This document shows, piece after piece, positions 1 through 10,733 of a stretch of 63,878 nucleotides of DNA; the stretch's first letter is position 1, and every line of letters starts with the position of its first letter. The notes under the pieces are model-generated. The model was not told where the DNA came from and did no database searches. It worked only from the letters and a program-made list of their open reading frames with translations. Made by a program: the position numbers and the translations under genes. The DNA comes from Octopus bimaculoides. Lineage: Eukaryota. Where the stretch lies: contig NC_069004.1 in the NCBI RefSeq assembly GCF_001194135.2, positions 10,519,906-10,583,783 of the forward strand. Reading direction: 5' to 3'.

Positions 1-486
1 GCAAAATGGTGTATTTTACATGCCACCTGCACAGGAGCCAGTCCAGCGGCACTGGCAACAATCTCGCTCGAATGTCTTTACACATGCCATGGGCACAAGT
101 GCCAGAAAGGCGACGCTGGGCACAGGTGCCATCACGATTTCGCTTTCGCTTGCCCCAACAGGTCTTCGCAAGCAAAGTTTTGTTCCAATGAAGGAGACGA
201 CGTTGGCATGGGTGCCAGTCATCGAATTTGAAAAAAATATGATGATTCTGACTGGTATGTTTTTGATTATGGACCTGTTTAATTTTAAATGAGTTATGGT
301 TAACACACAATAGCTAGCATCAATGGCGGCATCTGTCTTTTCACTACTCATGCCTATTGGTGGTGATGGGTGTGCTAAACCACAACAACTACTACCAAAA
401 GCCCCTATTGTCTCTATACAACACAATCTCTTGTGCAGCTTTGTGACTTCACCTAACTTAAATTTTTTTTTTTTTCTTTCCTACAG

Positions 487-639
487 CAATGGGGCCCTTA
501 CCATGGACCATTAATGCTGAGATTTATCCATTATGGGCACGCAGCACAGGAAATGGTTTGGCAGCTGCCACCTGCTGGTTATGCAATCTAATTAATTCTG
601 TATCGTTTTTATCCCTCAGTGAAGCCATCAACAGCTACG
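487..639 (+). CDS. SLC2A13: Sugar porter (MFS), proton/myo-inositol cotransporter-like, penultimate exon (MGPLPWTINAEIYPLWARSTGNGLAAATCWLCNLINSVSFLSLSEAINSY)
   Basis: Acceptor ttttctttcctacag| at 486 and donor |gtaagt at 640, phase 1 at both ends. The motif GPxPWTxNxEIYPLWARSTG is characteristic of HMIT/SLC2A13. Upstream exons are outside the window. Confidence 0.88.
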
Positions 640-926
640 GTAAGTCAATATCAATCAAACCACTTTATTCATTACACTTTATGCATTACTCAATATGTTA
701 CTATTTAGGGCGGTGAAGGCAGTGAGCTGGCAGAATTGTTAGCACGCCAGCCAAAATGATTAATGGCATTTCATGTCTTTATGGTCTGAGTTCAAATTCT
801 GCTGAGGTTGACTTTGCCTTTTATCCTTTCGGGGTCGATGAAAAAAGTACCAGTCACGCACTGGAGTCGATATAATCGACTAGTTCCTCCCCCCAAATTT
901 CAGGCCTTGTGCCTATACTAGAAAGG

Positions 927-962
<36 letters not shown>

Positions 963-1936
963 TATTATTGTTGTTGTTGTTGTAATGAGCTGACAGAATC
1001 ATTAGCACTCTGGGCAAAATGCTCGGCAACATTTTGACCGTCTATGTTCTGAGGAATAGATTTTATCAATTCCAAAAAGATGAATGGTAAAATCACCCTC
1101 GGTGGGATTTGAACTCAAAATGTAAAGAAGAACAAAACGCTAAGTAAGCATTTTGTCTGGTGTGCTAATGATTCTGCTAGCTTGCCACCTATTTGAGAAG
1201 AATAGATGATCTTAGTAACCGAGCCTTTTTCTAATCAACCAGATGGTCCATTTCCTTAGCGTATTCTGGCGCCACATGAAAAGCAGTCAGTCCACTTTGT
1301 AAGGTGGTTAGTGTTAGGAAGGGCATCCTACCATAAAAACCTTACTGAAACAGACAGTGAAGCCTAGTACAGTTTTCTCCTGTCAAACTAGCTCCTGTCA
1401 AACTAGCTCCTGTCAAACCGTCCAACCCATGCTAGCAGGGAAAATGGACTTTAAATAATGTTGATAATAATGAGGTTGTTATTGATCATGACGATGACAG
1501 TGACAACCATGACAATGACGACAATTCTGTCATGTTAATGTGTCAAATGTCATTGACCGTCTTCAGCCTTGGTCTGTGTGTCATGTTTTGTAAAAATGGC
1601 ATCAACTGCTGTCTCTGCACCAACTTACATGTATCAGATATCATATATTTTTAAACTGTTCAAAGCCTTTTTATTTTTTTTATTCTTCTTGGTTAAAGAA
1701 AATATGTAAGTCAGTGTTTATAGGCAGTTCTGTTTGTTTGAGTCTATTACAGTTTAAAGTGGGTAGCCAAGGGGTGGGTAGAAGATGGCCTCAAGAGATG
1801 TGATGCAATGTTTGGAATTTTTGTCTGCGTATGTTTGGTGAGTTGTATAAGTATAGCATATATTATGCACACACACACGTGTGTATGTATGTATATATAT
1901 ATGTGTGTTTGTATATGTATATATCCATCTATTGGT

Positions 1937-2319
1937 GGAGGCGCAATGGCCCAGTGGTTAGGGCAGCGGACTCGCGGTCATAGGATCGCGGTTTCGATTC
2001 CCAGACCGGGCGTTGTGAGTGTTTATTGAGCGAAAACACCTAAAGCTCCACGAGGCTCTGGCAGGGGATGGTGGCGAACCCTGCTGTACTCTTTCCCCAC
2101 AACTTTCTCTCACTCTTACTTCCTGTTTCTGTTGTACCTGTATTTCAAAGGGCCAGCCTTGTCACACTCTATATCATGCTGAATATCCCCGAGAACTACG
2201 TTAAGGGCACACGTGTCTGTGGAGTGCTCAGCCACTTGCATGTTAATTTCACGAGCAGGCTGTTCCGTTGATCAGATCAACTGGAACCCTTGACGTCGTA
2301 AGCGACGGAGTGCCAACAA
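1937..2319 (+). mobile_element. tRNA-derived SINE, family A (ggaggcgcaatggcccagtgg...gccaacaa)
   Basis: A box TGGCCCAGTGG and B box GGTTTCGATTCCC. Near-identical copies at 29400-29770 (+, 12-bp TSD aacccgctgttt), 32112-32398 (+, partial), 41190-41571 (-, 12-bp TSD tatacattgtat), 47878-48500 (+) and a 3' fragment at 27545-27650. Confidence 0.85.
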
Positions 2320-2892
2320 GTACACCAATCCCAGCCAAAAAGTGCTGAGATCTTCAAGCGCCACCATTAGCCACAATGATATACTAAAAATTCTTCGTTG
2401 TATCCTCGGCTTGAGTGGGTGCGCACGACCCCCTCTTGGCACCAGACCCAATTTGAACAAATACGTCTCTTTGGCTTAAAACTGGTCCTGCTGCCACCCT
2501 ACCATCACTGAATAAGGAGGCTGTTTAAGTTTTTTTTTTTTTTTTAATTAGTTTTGTCTGTTTAATACTTTTAAAGGAATTCATCATTATTTTTTATGAA
2601 TATTACAAAATATTCAATTTGCTAAACGCTGAATAAACATTGGATCAGACACATTATTCTTGTGTATGCATACGTATAATAAGAACCTATATGGAGAGCT
2701 GAACAGCTGAGGGTCTTCAAAGAAGAAACTCCCCCTCCATGCAAATGTTTCAATCCTTAATTCCTTATACTCTAAGCGGACCAGATTGCATCCAGGCCAA
2801 GATTCCTGGATTTCCTTGTGTTGCCACATTCTGTGTTACTGTCTGCGTTGAGACTTTCTTGGGTGGAAGACACCAGTTGAGTGCACAGTAAA

Positions 2893-2977
2893 TTATGTCT
2901 TTTGAAATTCTCTTCCGTTCCTCTTTGACCAGATCCAATTGGAATTCTCAGCTGCTTCTGCCAGTACCTTATTACCA
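2893..2977 (-). mobile_element. Possible 3' end of a HERO/R2-group (RLE) non-LTR retrotransposon
   Basis: The minus frame reads NKVLAEAAENSNWIWSKRNGREFQKT*, resembling the AAExxSxWxWxKR C-terminus of HERO-like elements. Short and recognised from memory. Confidence 0.35.
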
Positions 2978-3174
2978 TAATGTACACAAGAGTGATAAAC
3001 TTTACACAAAATACACCACTCTACTTTATATTAATACATAAGTATATTCAATACATTCAACAACATTATTATCATCATCATCATCATCATCCTCACCATC
3101 ATCATTATCACTACTGCAAGCCATTTTATTGGTATCATACAATTCATATTTGATTACAGCAGCAATATCAGACA

Positions 3175-3218
3175 ACTACAGACATGTTTCAGTATTGTTG
3201 TGACCTCATCAGCACAGT
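3175..3218 (-). ncRNA. Minimal type I hammerhead-ribozyme-like motif (Penelope-type), degenerate stem II
   Basis: Minus strand: ACTGTG CTGATGA GGTC acaacaa TACT GAAAC ATGT C TGTAGT. Confidence 0.5.
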
Positions 3219-3447
3219 ATAGACACTATCAGACTTGTCAAAATAGTGATGGGAGAATCACTGAGTAACTGTACGAGACTGTATTCTGGTCGGTGTAGAA
3301 AAACAGAATTGTTTAGAAAATAATTCAATTAAAACCTTGAGAGTAACAATTCATATTTGTTGTGTGCGTGTGTGTGTGCGTGCGTGTTTCATGTTTGTCT
3401 GTTTTCAATCTCTTGTACACATTTTTATTTTTGTTTACTTTTTCCAG

Positions 3448-3614
3448 GTGTGTTTTATCTACTGAGTTCCATGGCGGTCACAGGAGCATTGTTTTGTTAC
3501 TGTCTCTTACCAGAAACCAAAGGAAAATCACTTGAAGCGATTGAAATTTTATTTATGAAAGACAGAAAGAAGTTAGGCAATGATGAGCAGCAGGATTTAA
3601 AGGATCAATATTGA
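3448..3614 (+). CDS. SLC2A13: SLC2A13-like last exon (GVFYLLSSMAVTGALFCYCLLPETKGKSLEAIEILF...DQY*)
   Basis: Acceptor tttttccag| at 3447, phase 1 joins the previous exon (G|GT). Sugar-porter PETKG motif, TGA at 3612-3614. Candidate AATAAA at 4137-4142. Confidence 0.88.
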
Positions 3615-5333
3615 TTTCTCTGTCATTATATTCTTAGCCATCACCCATCTGTCTATCTATTTTAACCATCTACCCATCTATCTTTCTTATCCACCTACCC
3701 ATCTACCTATCTATTTTAGCCATCTGCCTGTGTACCAATCTACACATATGTCAATTTATACAGTTATCTCATTAGCTGATTCACTGCTTGTACAAGCTAA
3801 TTATGTCCTTCTATCCACTCCAATCTACTCTCCTCTTAATTGTATTACCTATCTCACCTGATTAGATCTCCATTCACATTCTTTATCAACTCAGTCTTAT
3901 ATATCCAATCAATCTCCACTCCCATCATCTATCAATTTAGTTCAACAATAAGTCAATCTCCACTGTTATCCTCAATCAACTTAGTTCAACTTCAATCAGT
4001 GTCAATCCATTTCATTTGTTTCCAAATTATCATTTGTTTCCAAATTGTTATTTTGTTTCCAAATTGTTATTTTGTTTTAATTGTTATCCTGCTCCTCACA
4101 ACAGAAATATTAGCAAGAAAGAATTTGTTTTTTACAAATAAAAAAATTGAAAAAGTGGGGAAATACTAAAATATCTTATTTTTCTTTTCTCTATTCCTGC
4201 TGTCATTATATTTACCCATTGTTCTTCTTAAAAAGATAAGATATCTACAAGTTACAGTCATTCGAGTCTATCCAACGAACCTCCTCAACTCCTTTTCCAA
4301 AATATGGTAACTTCTGCCAATGTCAGAGATAATATTTCTCCCAAACTTTCGAGGAATTTCAAATGAGAATCACGGAAATATTTTTCTTTTTTCCCTTTTT
4401 GTTTTTTTGGGTTTTTTTTTTGTTGTTGTTAAATTGTATGTTTTGAGTTTCTTGAGAAAAGTTTTCGCAAATTTTTTCCGGGGAGTGATGCTTCAAAATA
4501 ATTATAAATAAATAGCTAATTACTTATAGTAATTAACTTTAAGAACATTTCATTTGTTTTTGAGTCATTGAGAATTGGGGTGGGGTTGTTTTTTTTTGTT
4601 TGTTTTTTTAAGTAAAAGAAAAAAGGTAATAAAAAAAAAAGTGGGNNNNNNNNNNNNNNNNNNNNNNNNNNNNNNNNNNNNNNNNNNNNNNNNNNNNNNN
4701 NNNNNNNNNNNNNNNNNNNNNNNNNNNNNNNNNNNNNNNNNNNNNNNNNNNNNNNNNNNNNNNNNNNNNNNNNNNNNNNNNNNNNNNNNNNNNNNNNNNN
4801 NNNNNNNNNNNNNNNNNNNNNNNNNNNNNNNNNNNNNNNNNNNNNNNNNNNNNNNNNNNNNNNNNNNNNNNNNNNNNNNNNNNNNNNNNNNNNNNNNNNN
4901 NNNNNNNNNNNNNNNNNNNNNNNNNNNNNNNNNNNNNNNNNNNNNNNNNNNNNNNNNNNNNNNNNNNNNNNNNNNNNNNNNNNNNNNNNNNNNNNNNNNN
5001 NNNNNNNNNNNNNNNNNNNNNNNNNNNNNNNNNNNNNNNNNNNNNNNNNNNNNNNNNNNNNNNNNNNNNNNNNNNNNNNNNNNNNNNNNNNNNNNNNNNN
5101 NNNNNNNNNNNNNNNNNNNNNNNNNNNNNNNNNNNNNNNNNNNNNNNNNNNNNNNNNNNNNNNNNNNNNNNNNNNNNNNNNNNNNNNNNNNNNNNNNNNN
5201 NNNNNNNNNNNNNNNNNNNNNNNNNNNNNNNNNNNNNNNNNNNNNNNNNNNNNNNNNNNNNNNNNNNNNNNNNNNNNNNNNNNNNNNNNNNNNNNNNNNN
5301 NNNNNNNNNNNNNNNNNNNNNNNNNNNNNCTTT

Positions 5334-5367
<34 letters not shown>

Positions 5368-6068
5368 ATATATGTGTGTGTGTGTGTGTATAGATATAAA
5401 TGTGTATGTGTATATAGGTCATCATCATTATCATTATTTGAACATCTACTTTTCTGTGCTTGCATGTACTTGTATGAATTCTTTGAGTTACACTGTATAC
5501 GGCTGGATGCCCTTCTTGTAGCCAACCCTCACCTGCCTCCATCCAAGATAATATTTCCCTATGGCCAGACATACTTTCATAGAAGATTAAAAAGGAACAG
5601 CAGTGTTTGCACGACAGTGGCACTTGTTTACGACTATTGTGTGATGTGGCTGTGTGGTAAGAAGCTTGCTTCCCAACCACATGGTTCCTGGTTCAGTCCC
5701 ACTGTGTGGCATTCTACTATAGCCTCAGGCCAACCAAAGCCTTGTGAATTGATTTGGAAAAGCAGAGACTGAAAGAAACCTGTCATATATATGTGTGTGT
5801 GTTTGTGTTTTGTAACACAACACCCCCCACCCCACTGCTTGACAATTGGTGTTGGTTTGTTTATGTCCCCATGACTTAGCAGTTCAGTGAAAGGGACCGA
5901 CCAGTCATGAATTTGTCCTAATTAACCTGTGTATGCTGTCTATATATTGTGCTATAAGCATTGCTTCCATAATCACCTATTTTCATTGAGAAGTTTCTAA
6001 AATATGGATGTATTTGTTATTATTTTTCTCTCTAGCTTTGTGTAACAACGTCTCATGTAATATGTTGC

Positions 6069-6380
6069 AATTGCTCCTTGTTGTACATGCATAGTGCACT
6101 TACAAGAAAGTGTTGTACTTGTTTGGCCAATATAACAGTTAAAAACATGAAGTTTACAACATTCAATTTTTCAGTCGAATTTATAAAATATTTTTATTAT
6201 TTGCAGCTTGTTCTTGGGTTTAACTTGTGGTAATTGCTCCTTGTTGTAAATGCATAGCATGCTTACAAGAAAGTATTGTATTTGTCTGGCCACTAACAGT
6301 TAGAAACATAAATCTTAAAGTCAAATTTATGAAATATATTTATCATTTGCAGTTTATTCTTGGGCTTACATGCTTGTGAT
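6069..6380. repeat. Diverged tandem duplication, period about 163 bp
   Basis: aattgctccttgttgt...cttacaagaaagt...tttgcag...ttcttggg occurs starting at 6069 and again at 6232. Confidence 0.8.
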
Positions 6381-6546
6381 ATGTTGATAAAGTGGATTGA
6401 GGAGTTTTTGTTTTTTTTATTTTCATTGGTGATGGTTTCAACTTCCTGGATGAATTCGGCCATCCTGAAGAGCTACAAAATTGTATGTGTATGTGTGTAT
6501 GCTATTTATATTTATATTCATACATATATGTATGTATGTATATGCA

Positions 6547-6614
<68 letters not shown>

Positions 6615-7066
6615 GAATCATGCAAGCATACACATATATGTACTATATACATATATTTTGAATGAACGCTAAATGTGTTTTGTTTTCAATTAATCTGCAT
6701 CTGTTTGTTTTGGCTTTTCTTTTCACCTATTGCAAAAAAAGACACATAAGATGTATATATTTTTAAAGAATACTACTAAAAAACCTGTAACATGGGTTTT
6801 TTTTTTTTTTTGTTCCTATTGCAAAAATATTCCTTGTTATTTATAAAACTGTCTACATTTTTAATGATGCAAGTACACAGATGATGATACAGGTAAACTA
6901 GTATATTTGGTAAATGAAATGACAGTTGTAGATGTTAATCTTTACAAACTTCTAACTGACAAATAGAGAGATACTGTTAATTTCAGCCTTGCTGTAGATG
7001 CCTTACATTATATAATTAAAGAAAAACAGAGTTAATGTTTGCGTTTAAGCTATTTTATATATTTAA

Positions 7067-7288
7067 CACTTTAGCATTTAAACAAGCCTTATCAGGCCCA
7101 AATATTCTACCTGTTTTGTTCAAACCAACCAGATCTGGCCTCTCACATCTACCCTGCAATGTCATTCTGAAAATAAACAATCGTTTCATCAAAATTTTGA
7201 AGTTATGAGATAATACATGATTAATTCAAAACAATGTGAATAAATAAAAAAGCATTACATTTCACAGAGTAATCTGAATGCAAAAGAA
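7067..7288 (+). mobile_element. piggyBac-like (TTAA) MITE relic
   Basis: Starts ttaa|cactttagcatt and ends ctgaatgcaaaag. Related copies at about 9955-10161 and a terminus at about 49370-49422. A second TTAA-CCC-type element is at about 32479-32706. Confidence 0.45.
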
Positions 7289-7959
7289 TTGCAGAAACTA
7301 CTATTTTTTTTACACCCCGCCTTTCCTCTCTTACATATTATAATTCAGAATCAATTCTGAAAATAAAATGGTAAAATTTGAAGACTTGTTAGCTAATTAC
7401 AGCAAGTTACATGATCACATAGACTGTTCCTTCATATAAATAATTTTGTGCTGTTACTACTACTACTACTACAACCACCGCCACTATTTCTACTACTACT
7501 GCTATCAGTAGTAAAGAACTCCCCTACCTCTCTACATTTCCAAAAGTCCATTCAGTATCCATGAGGAAGCATTCATGCAATATAAACAAACCTGCACATG
7601 AAAATGATAAATTATTCACATGTTAATTACAATTTACTCTGGTGATAATTACAATTTAGTCTGCTTTATTGTCCATACCAGTTTATGCCACTGACTAAGC
7701 AATGTCATTCTTAATGGTGAGTTAACTCTTTGCCTGTCCTGTCATACTCAGGACATATGTCCCTGGTGTTCATACATCATACATGATGCATATTCCCCAA
7801 TTATTTTTAAATTACTCAGAATGTATGAATCAAGAAGTAATGTGTGTGTCTGTCTGTCTGTATATATATATATATAAAACAAATAATAAATGAGTATATG
7901 CATATATACGTACAAGTATGTGCATACCTACATCTACCTGTATATATAGGTGCATATCT

Positions 7960-8190
7960 GGGTACAGGACGTTGCAAACAAAACATAAACAAAAAAATTA
8001 TAATAACCAGAGTACAGAAAACACACAGGCAACATAGAGAACATTTTCCTTCATCAGCTGCCGCCATTCTAACACAGGCGTTTCGAAGAGTTAAGGCAGG
8101 GCGCATCGTTAAAATGGCTTTTCCCACGGACCACAAACTAAATTTGTACCATGGAGGAATGTAGTGGCGGACAGAAAACAAACGGAAAAG
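7960..8190 (-). repeat. Dispersed repeat, possibly a Penelope-like terminal relic; second copy at about 11105-11225
   Basis: Both copies share gttgcaaa...gtacagaaa...catagagaacattt(t)ccttcatcagctgccgccatt...gcgtttcgaa. Confidence 0.55.
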
Positions 8191-9029
8191 GCTATATGGC
8201 CAGACGTATATATGTATGTATGTATAGCAGAATCATTACCACACTAGACAAAATGCTTAGCAGCATTTCATCCATCTTTACATTTTAAGTTCAAATTCTG
8301 CCAAGGTCGGCTTTAATCCTTTTGAGGATGATGTAGTCAACTAGTCCCCTCCACCAAAATTTCATGCCTTGTGCCTATATTAGAAAGGATTATTACTCAC
8401 CATACTGAATACAATGAACCGGCAGAATCGTTAACATGCTGGACATAATGCTTAATGGTATTTCTTCATCTTTTAGGTTCTTTTTGCTGAGGCCGACTTT
8501 GACCTTTATCTTTTCAGGACCGATTAAATAAATATTAGCCATGCACTGGAATCAACTAAAGCCCCGTCCCCTAAAATTTCTGGCCTTGTTCCAAAATCTG
8601 AAACCATTATTACTTATCATGTTCCTTTAGTGCTAAACCAAACCTCCCAAAACTCATTTAGCCTTTTGTTTTGTAGCAGGGATTATTCAGCAATTCAATC
8701 GTTATATGAGTGTTCTTCCTCATACAGTTTAAACATTCATCATACACACACATTCACACACACACACACACACGTCCATATTGATTTTAACTGGCCACTC
8801 CTAAAAAATTTTTCTCCAACACCTAGGCCCAACTAAACAAATTAATTTTAAATACTTGAATTTCTAACATTTTTCAACAAACAGCTAATACCCTTTACAC
8901 AAATATGTAAACAATATGCTTGATATATCACAAATTTTGAAAAATTCCAATTGTTAAAAGAGTATGATACAAAATAATCAAAAGTATTTCACCAACCTCT
9001 GACTACTTACTTCTAATTAACATAACATA

Positions 9030-9156
9030 CAGGGTGTCCACAAAGTCTGGGTACAGAGGGATTAACACATAGTTTAAGAAATTATTATTTCTTATATTTA
9101 ATTGTTTATTATATGATTTTATTTACTCCATGTAGCCAGACTTTGTGGACACCCTG
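9030..9156. mobile_element. Tc1/mariner MITE
   Basis: Perfect TIR CAGGGTGTCCACAAAGTCTGG / CCAGACTTTGTGGACACCCTG, flanked by TA on both sides. Confidence 0.85.
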
Positions 9157-9198
9157 TATATTAATACATTAACATACTTCTATATGTTTATACACATA

Positions 9199-9495
9199 CA
9201 GTGGCACCTCAGTTTACAAATGCCTCTCATCATGAACAAATCAGTTTACAAACAATTTTCAAACATAAGATTCTTAAACGATGAACAGTATCTCGAGTAA
9301 CGAATGTGCAAGCTGGGAACACCAGTGGAAGAGTATCAGTTGCTGTCTAGCTTTCACTCAGTGCATATCTCTGCTTGAATGTTCCACACCTTCTCTTGAA
9401 TCTCCTTTGGGAAAAAAACATTTTTGGTTGATGAATAGTTCAGGTGACAAATGGCTTTCAGGAATGAATTAAAGTCGTAAACTGAGCTTCCACTG
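9199..9495. mobile_element. pogo/Tigger-like MITE
   Basis: TA|CAGTGGCACCTCAGTTTAC ... GTAAACTGAGCTTCCACTG|TA. Confidence 0.75.
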
Positions 9496-9534
9496 TAGAT
9501 ATATATTACATACACAGAGATAAATGCTTATGTG

Positions 9535-9571
<37 letters not shown>

Positions 9572-9623
9572 AAAAAAAAGTCGTCAGAATTTTGGAATAA
9601 CTTCTTTCATTTATTTTATACAA

Positions 9624-9663
9624 ATATTAGCGCTTTCGTTAGTCTTTCGAACTTGTCAAATAT
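9624..9663 (-). ncRNA. Minimal type I hammerhead-ribozyme-like motif with U3:A8 core variant
   Basis: Minus strand: ATAT TTGACAA GTT cgaaagact AAC GAAA GCGC T A ATAT. Confidence 0.5.
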
Positions 9664-10469
9664 AATTCTATGAAAATACAGAGATCTTGCTTATTTATAT
9701 AAAAACAGGTGTTTTGGGGGGTTTTGTTTATAACAGAACATTGTTTTGTTTTTGGGGGTGAGGCTTTGGAGACAATGGAAGATGTATAAGCAGATAGATA
9801 AATAGACAGGCAGATAGAGATGTGTACATACACATACACAAACTCATTTATACATATGAACATTATTATGTTCATATATATATGTATATATATTCATAAT
9901 GTATATATCACCATATATATACCACAGTTGGTTGTGAAAGAATTTTGGAGATATTTGTGTCAAACTTTACACAGTTCCAAAGTTCTTAAATGGGCCCAGA
10001 TATTCTACTTGGTTTATATTCAAACCAGATAGATCTGGTATTTTTAAAAGTCATTCTAAAAATAAACAAATGTATCCTTGAAGTCTTCAAGCTAAGTGAT
10101 AATTTAAAACTGTGAATAAAAGCATTTTATTTGACAAAGTAATCTGAATACTCAAGGTTTAAATGACCTGAACTAGTAACCCTATGCGTCACTCTGTTAT
10201 TTCTCTCTCTCTCGTTCTCCCCCCCTCTCTCTCTCTCTCGTCCCCCCTCTCTCTCTCTTTCTCCCTCTCTATCGTGTTGTATTTCCAATAATTTATGAGG
10301 AACTTGGGTGTGTTTAGTAAAGCTATTATAAGTTCAAGAAAATATTACAACGTAAAACAGTAATGGGAGAGTTACCTATCAATATCTTGTGTTATTCACC
10401 ATCATCATCATAATTAGTTAACGTCTGCATTTCCATGCTGGCATGGGTTAGACAGTCTGACTGGAACTG

Positions 10470-10733
10470 GTTCCTGTGCAGGTGGCACGTAAAAAACACC
10501 ATTTTGAGCATAGCCGTTGCCAGTAACGCCTGACTGGCCCTTGTGACGGTAGCATGTAAAAGCACCCACTACACTCTCGGAGTGGTTGGTGTTAGGAAGG
10601 GCATCCGGCTGTAGAAACTCTGCCGGATCAGATTGGAGTTTGGTGCAGCCATCTGGTTCACCAGTCCTCAGTCAAATCGTCCAACCCATGCTAGCATGGA
10701 AAGCGAACGTTAAACGATGATGATGATGATGAT
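10470..10733 (+). mobile_element. Family D repeat (RTE-related non-autonomous element or 3' end) terminating in gcatggaaagcggacgttaaac(gat)n
   Basis: Copies or fragments at 1-250, 24903-25075(-), 25720-25845, 28760-29110(-), 32742-33056, 36511-36787, 45480-45548(-), 50020-50085, 54865-55052(-) and 60520-60580(-). The same tail follows RTE coding relics. Confidence 0.75.

Noticed and set aside
2614-2829. Minus ORF with protein-like RIETFAWRGSFFFEDPQLF
   Set aside because: No convincing splice context or homologue; it lies directly downstream of a probable LINE 3' end.
4565-5680. Long ORFs containing X runs (also at 12k, 13.6k, 16.7k, 18.1k, 21.6k, 35.5k, 37.3k, 46.9k, 50.3k and 60.1k)
   Set aside because: They are open only because they span N gaps; the flanks are SINE or microsatellite sequence.
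8030-8110. GAAAC...CTGATGA on the minus strand (also 11170-11225) as a type II hammerhead
   Set aside because: U16.1 is G and only 2 nt separate the cleavage position from the core, so stem I cannot form.
8677-8731. Plus-strand terminal-exon-like segment GIIQQFNRYMSVLPHTV* after ttttgttttgtag
   Set aside because: No upstream partner exons or recognisable homology; it lies beyond the SLC2A13 stop exon and poly(A) signal.
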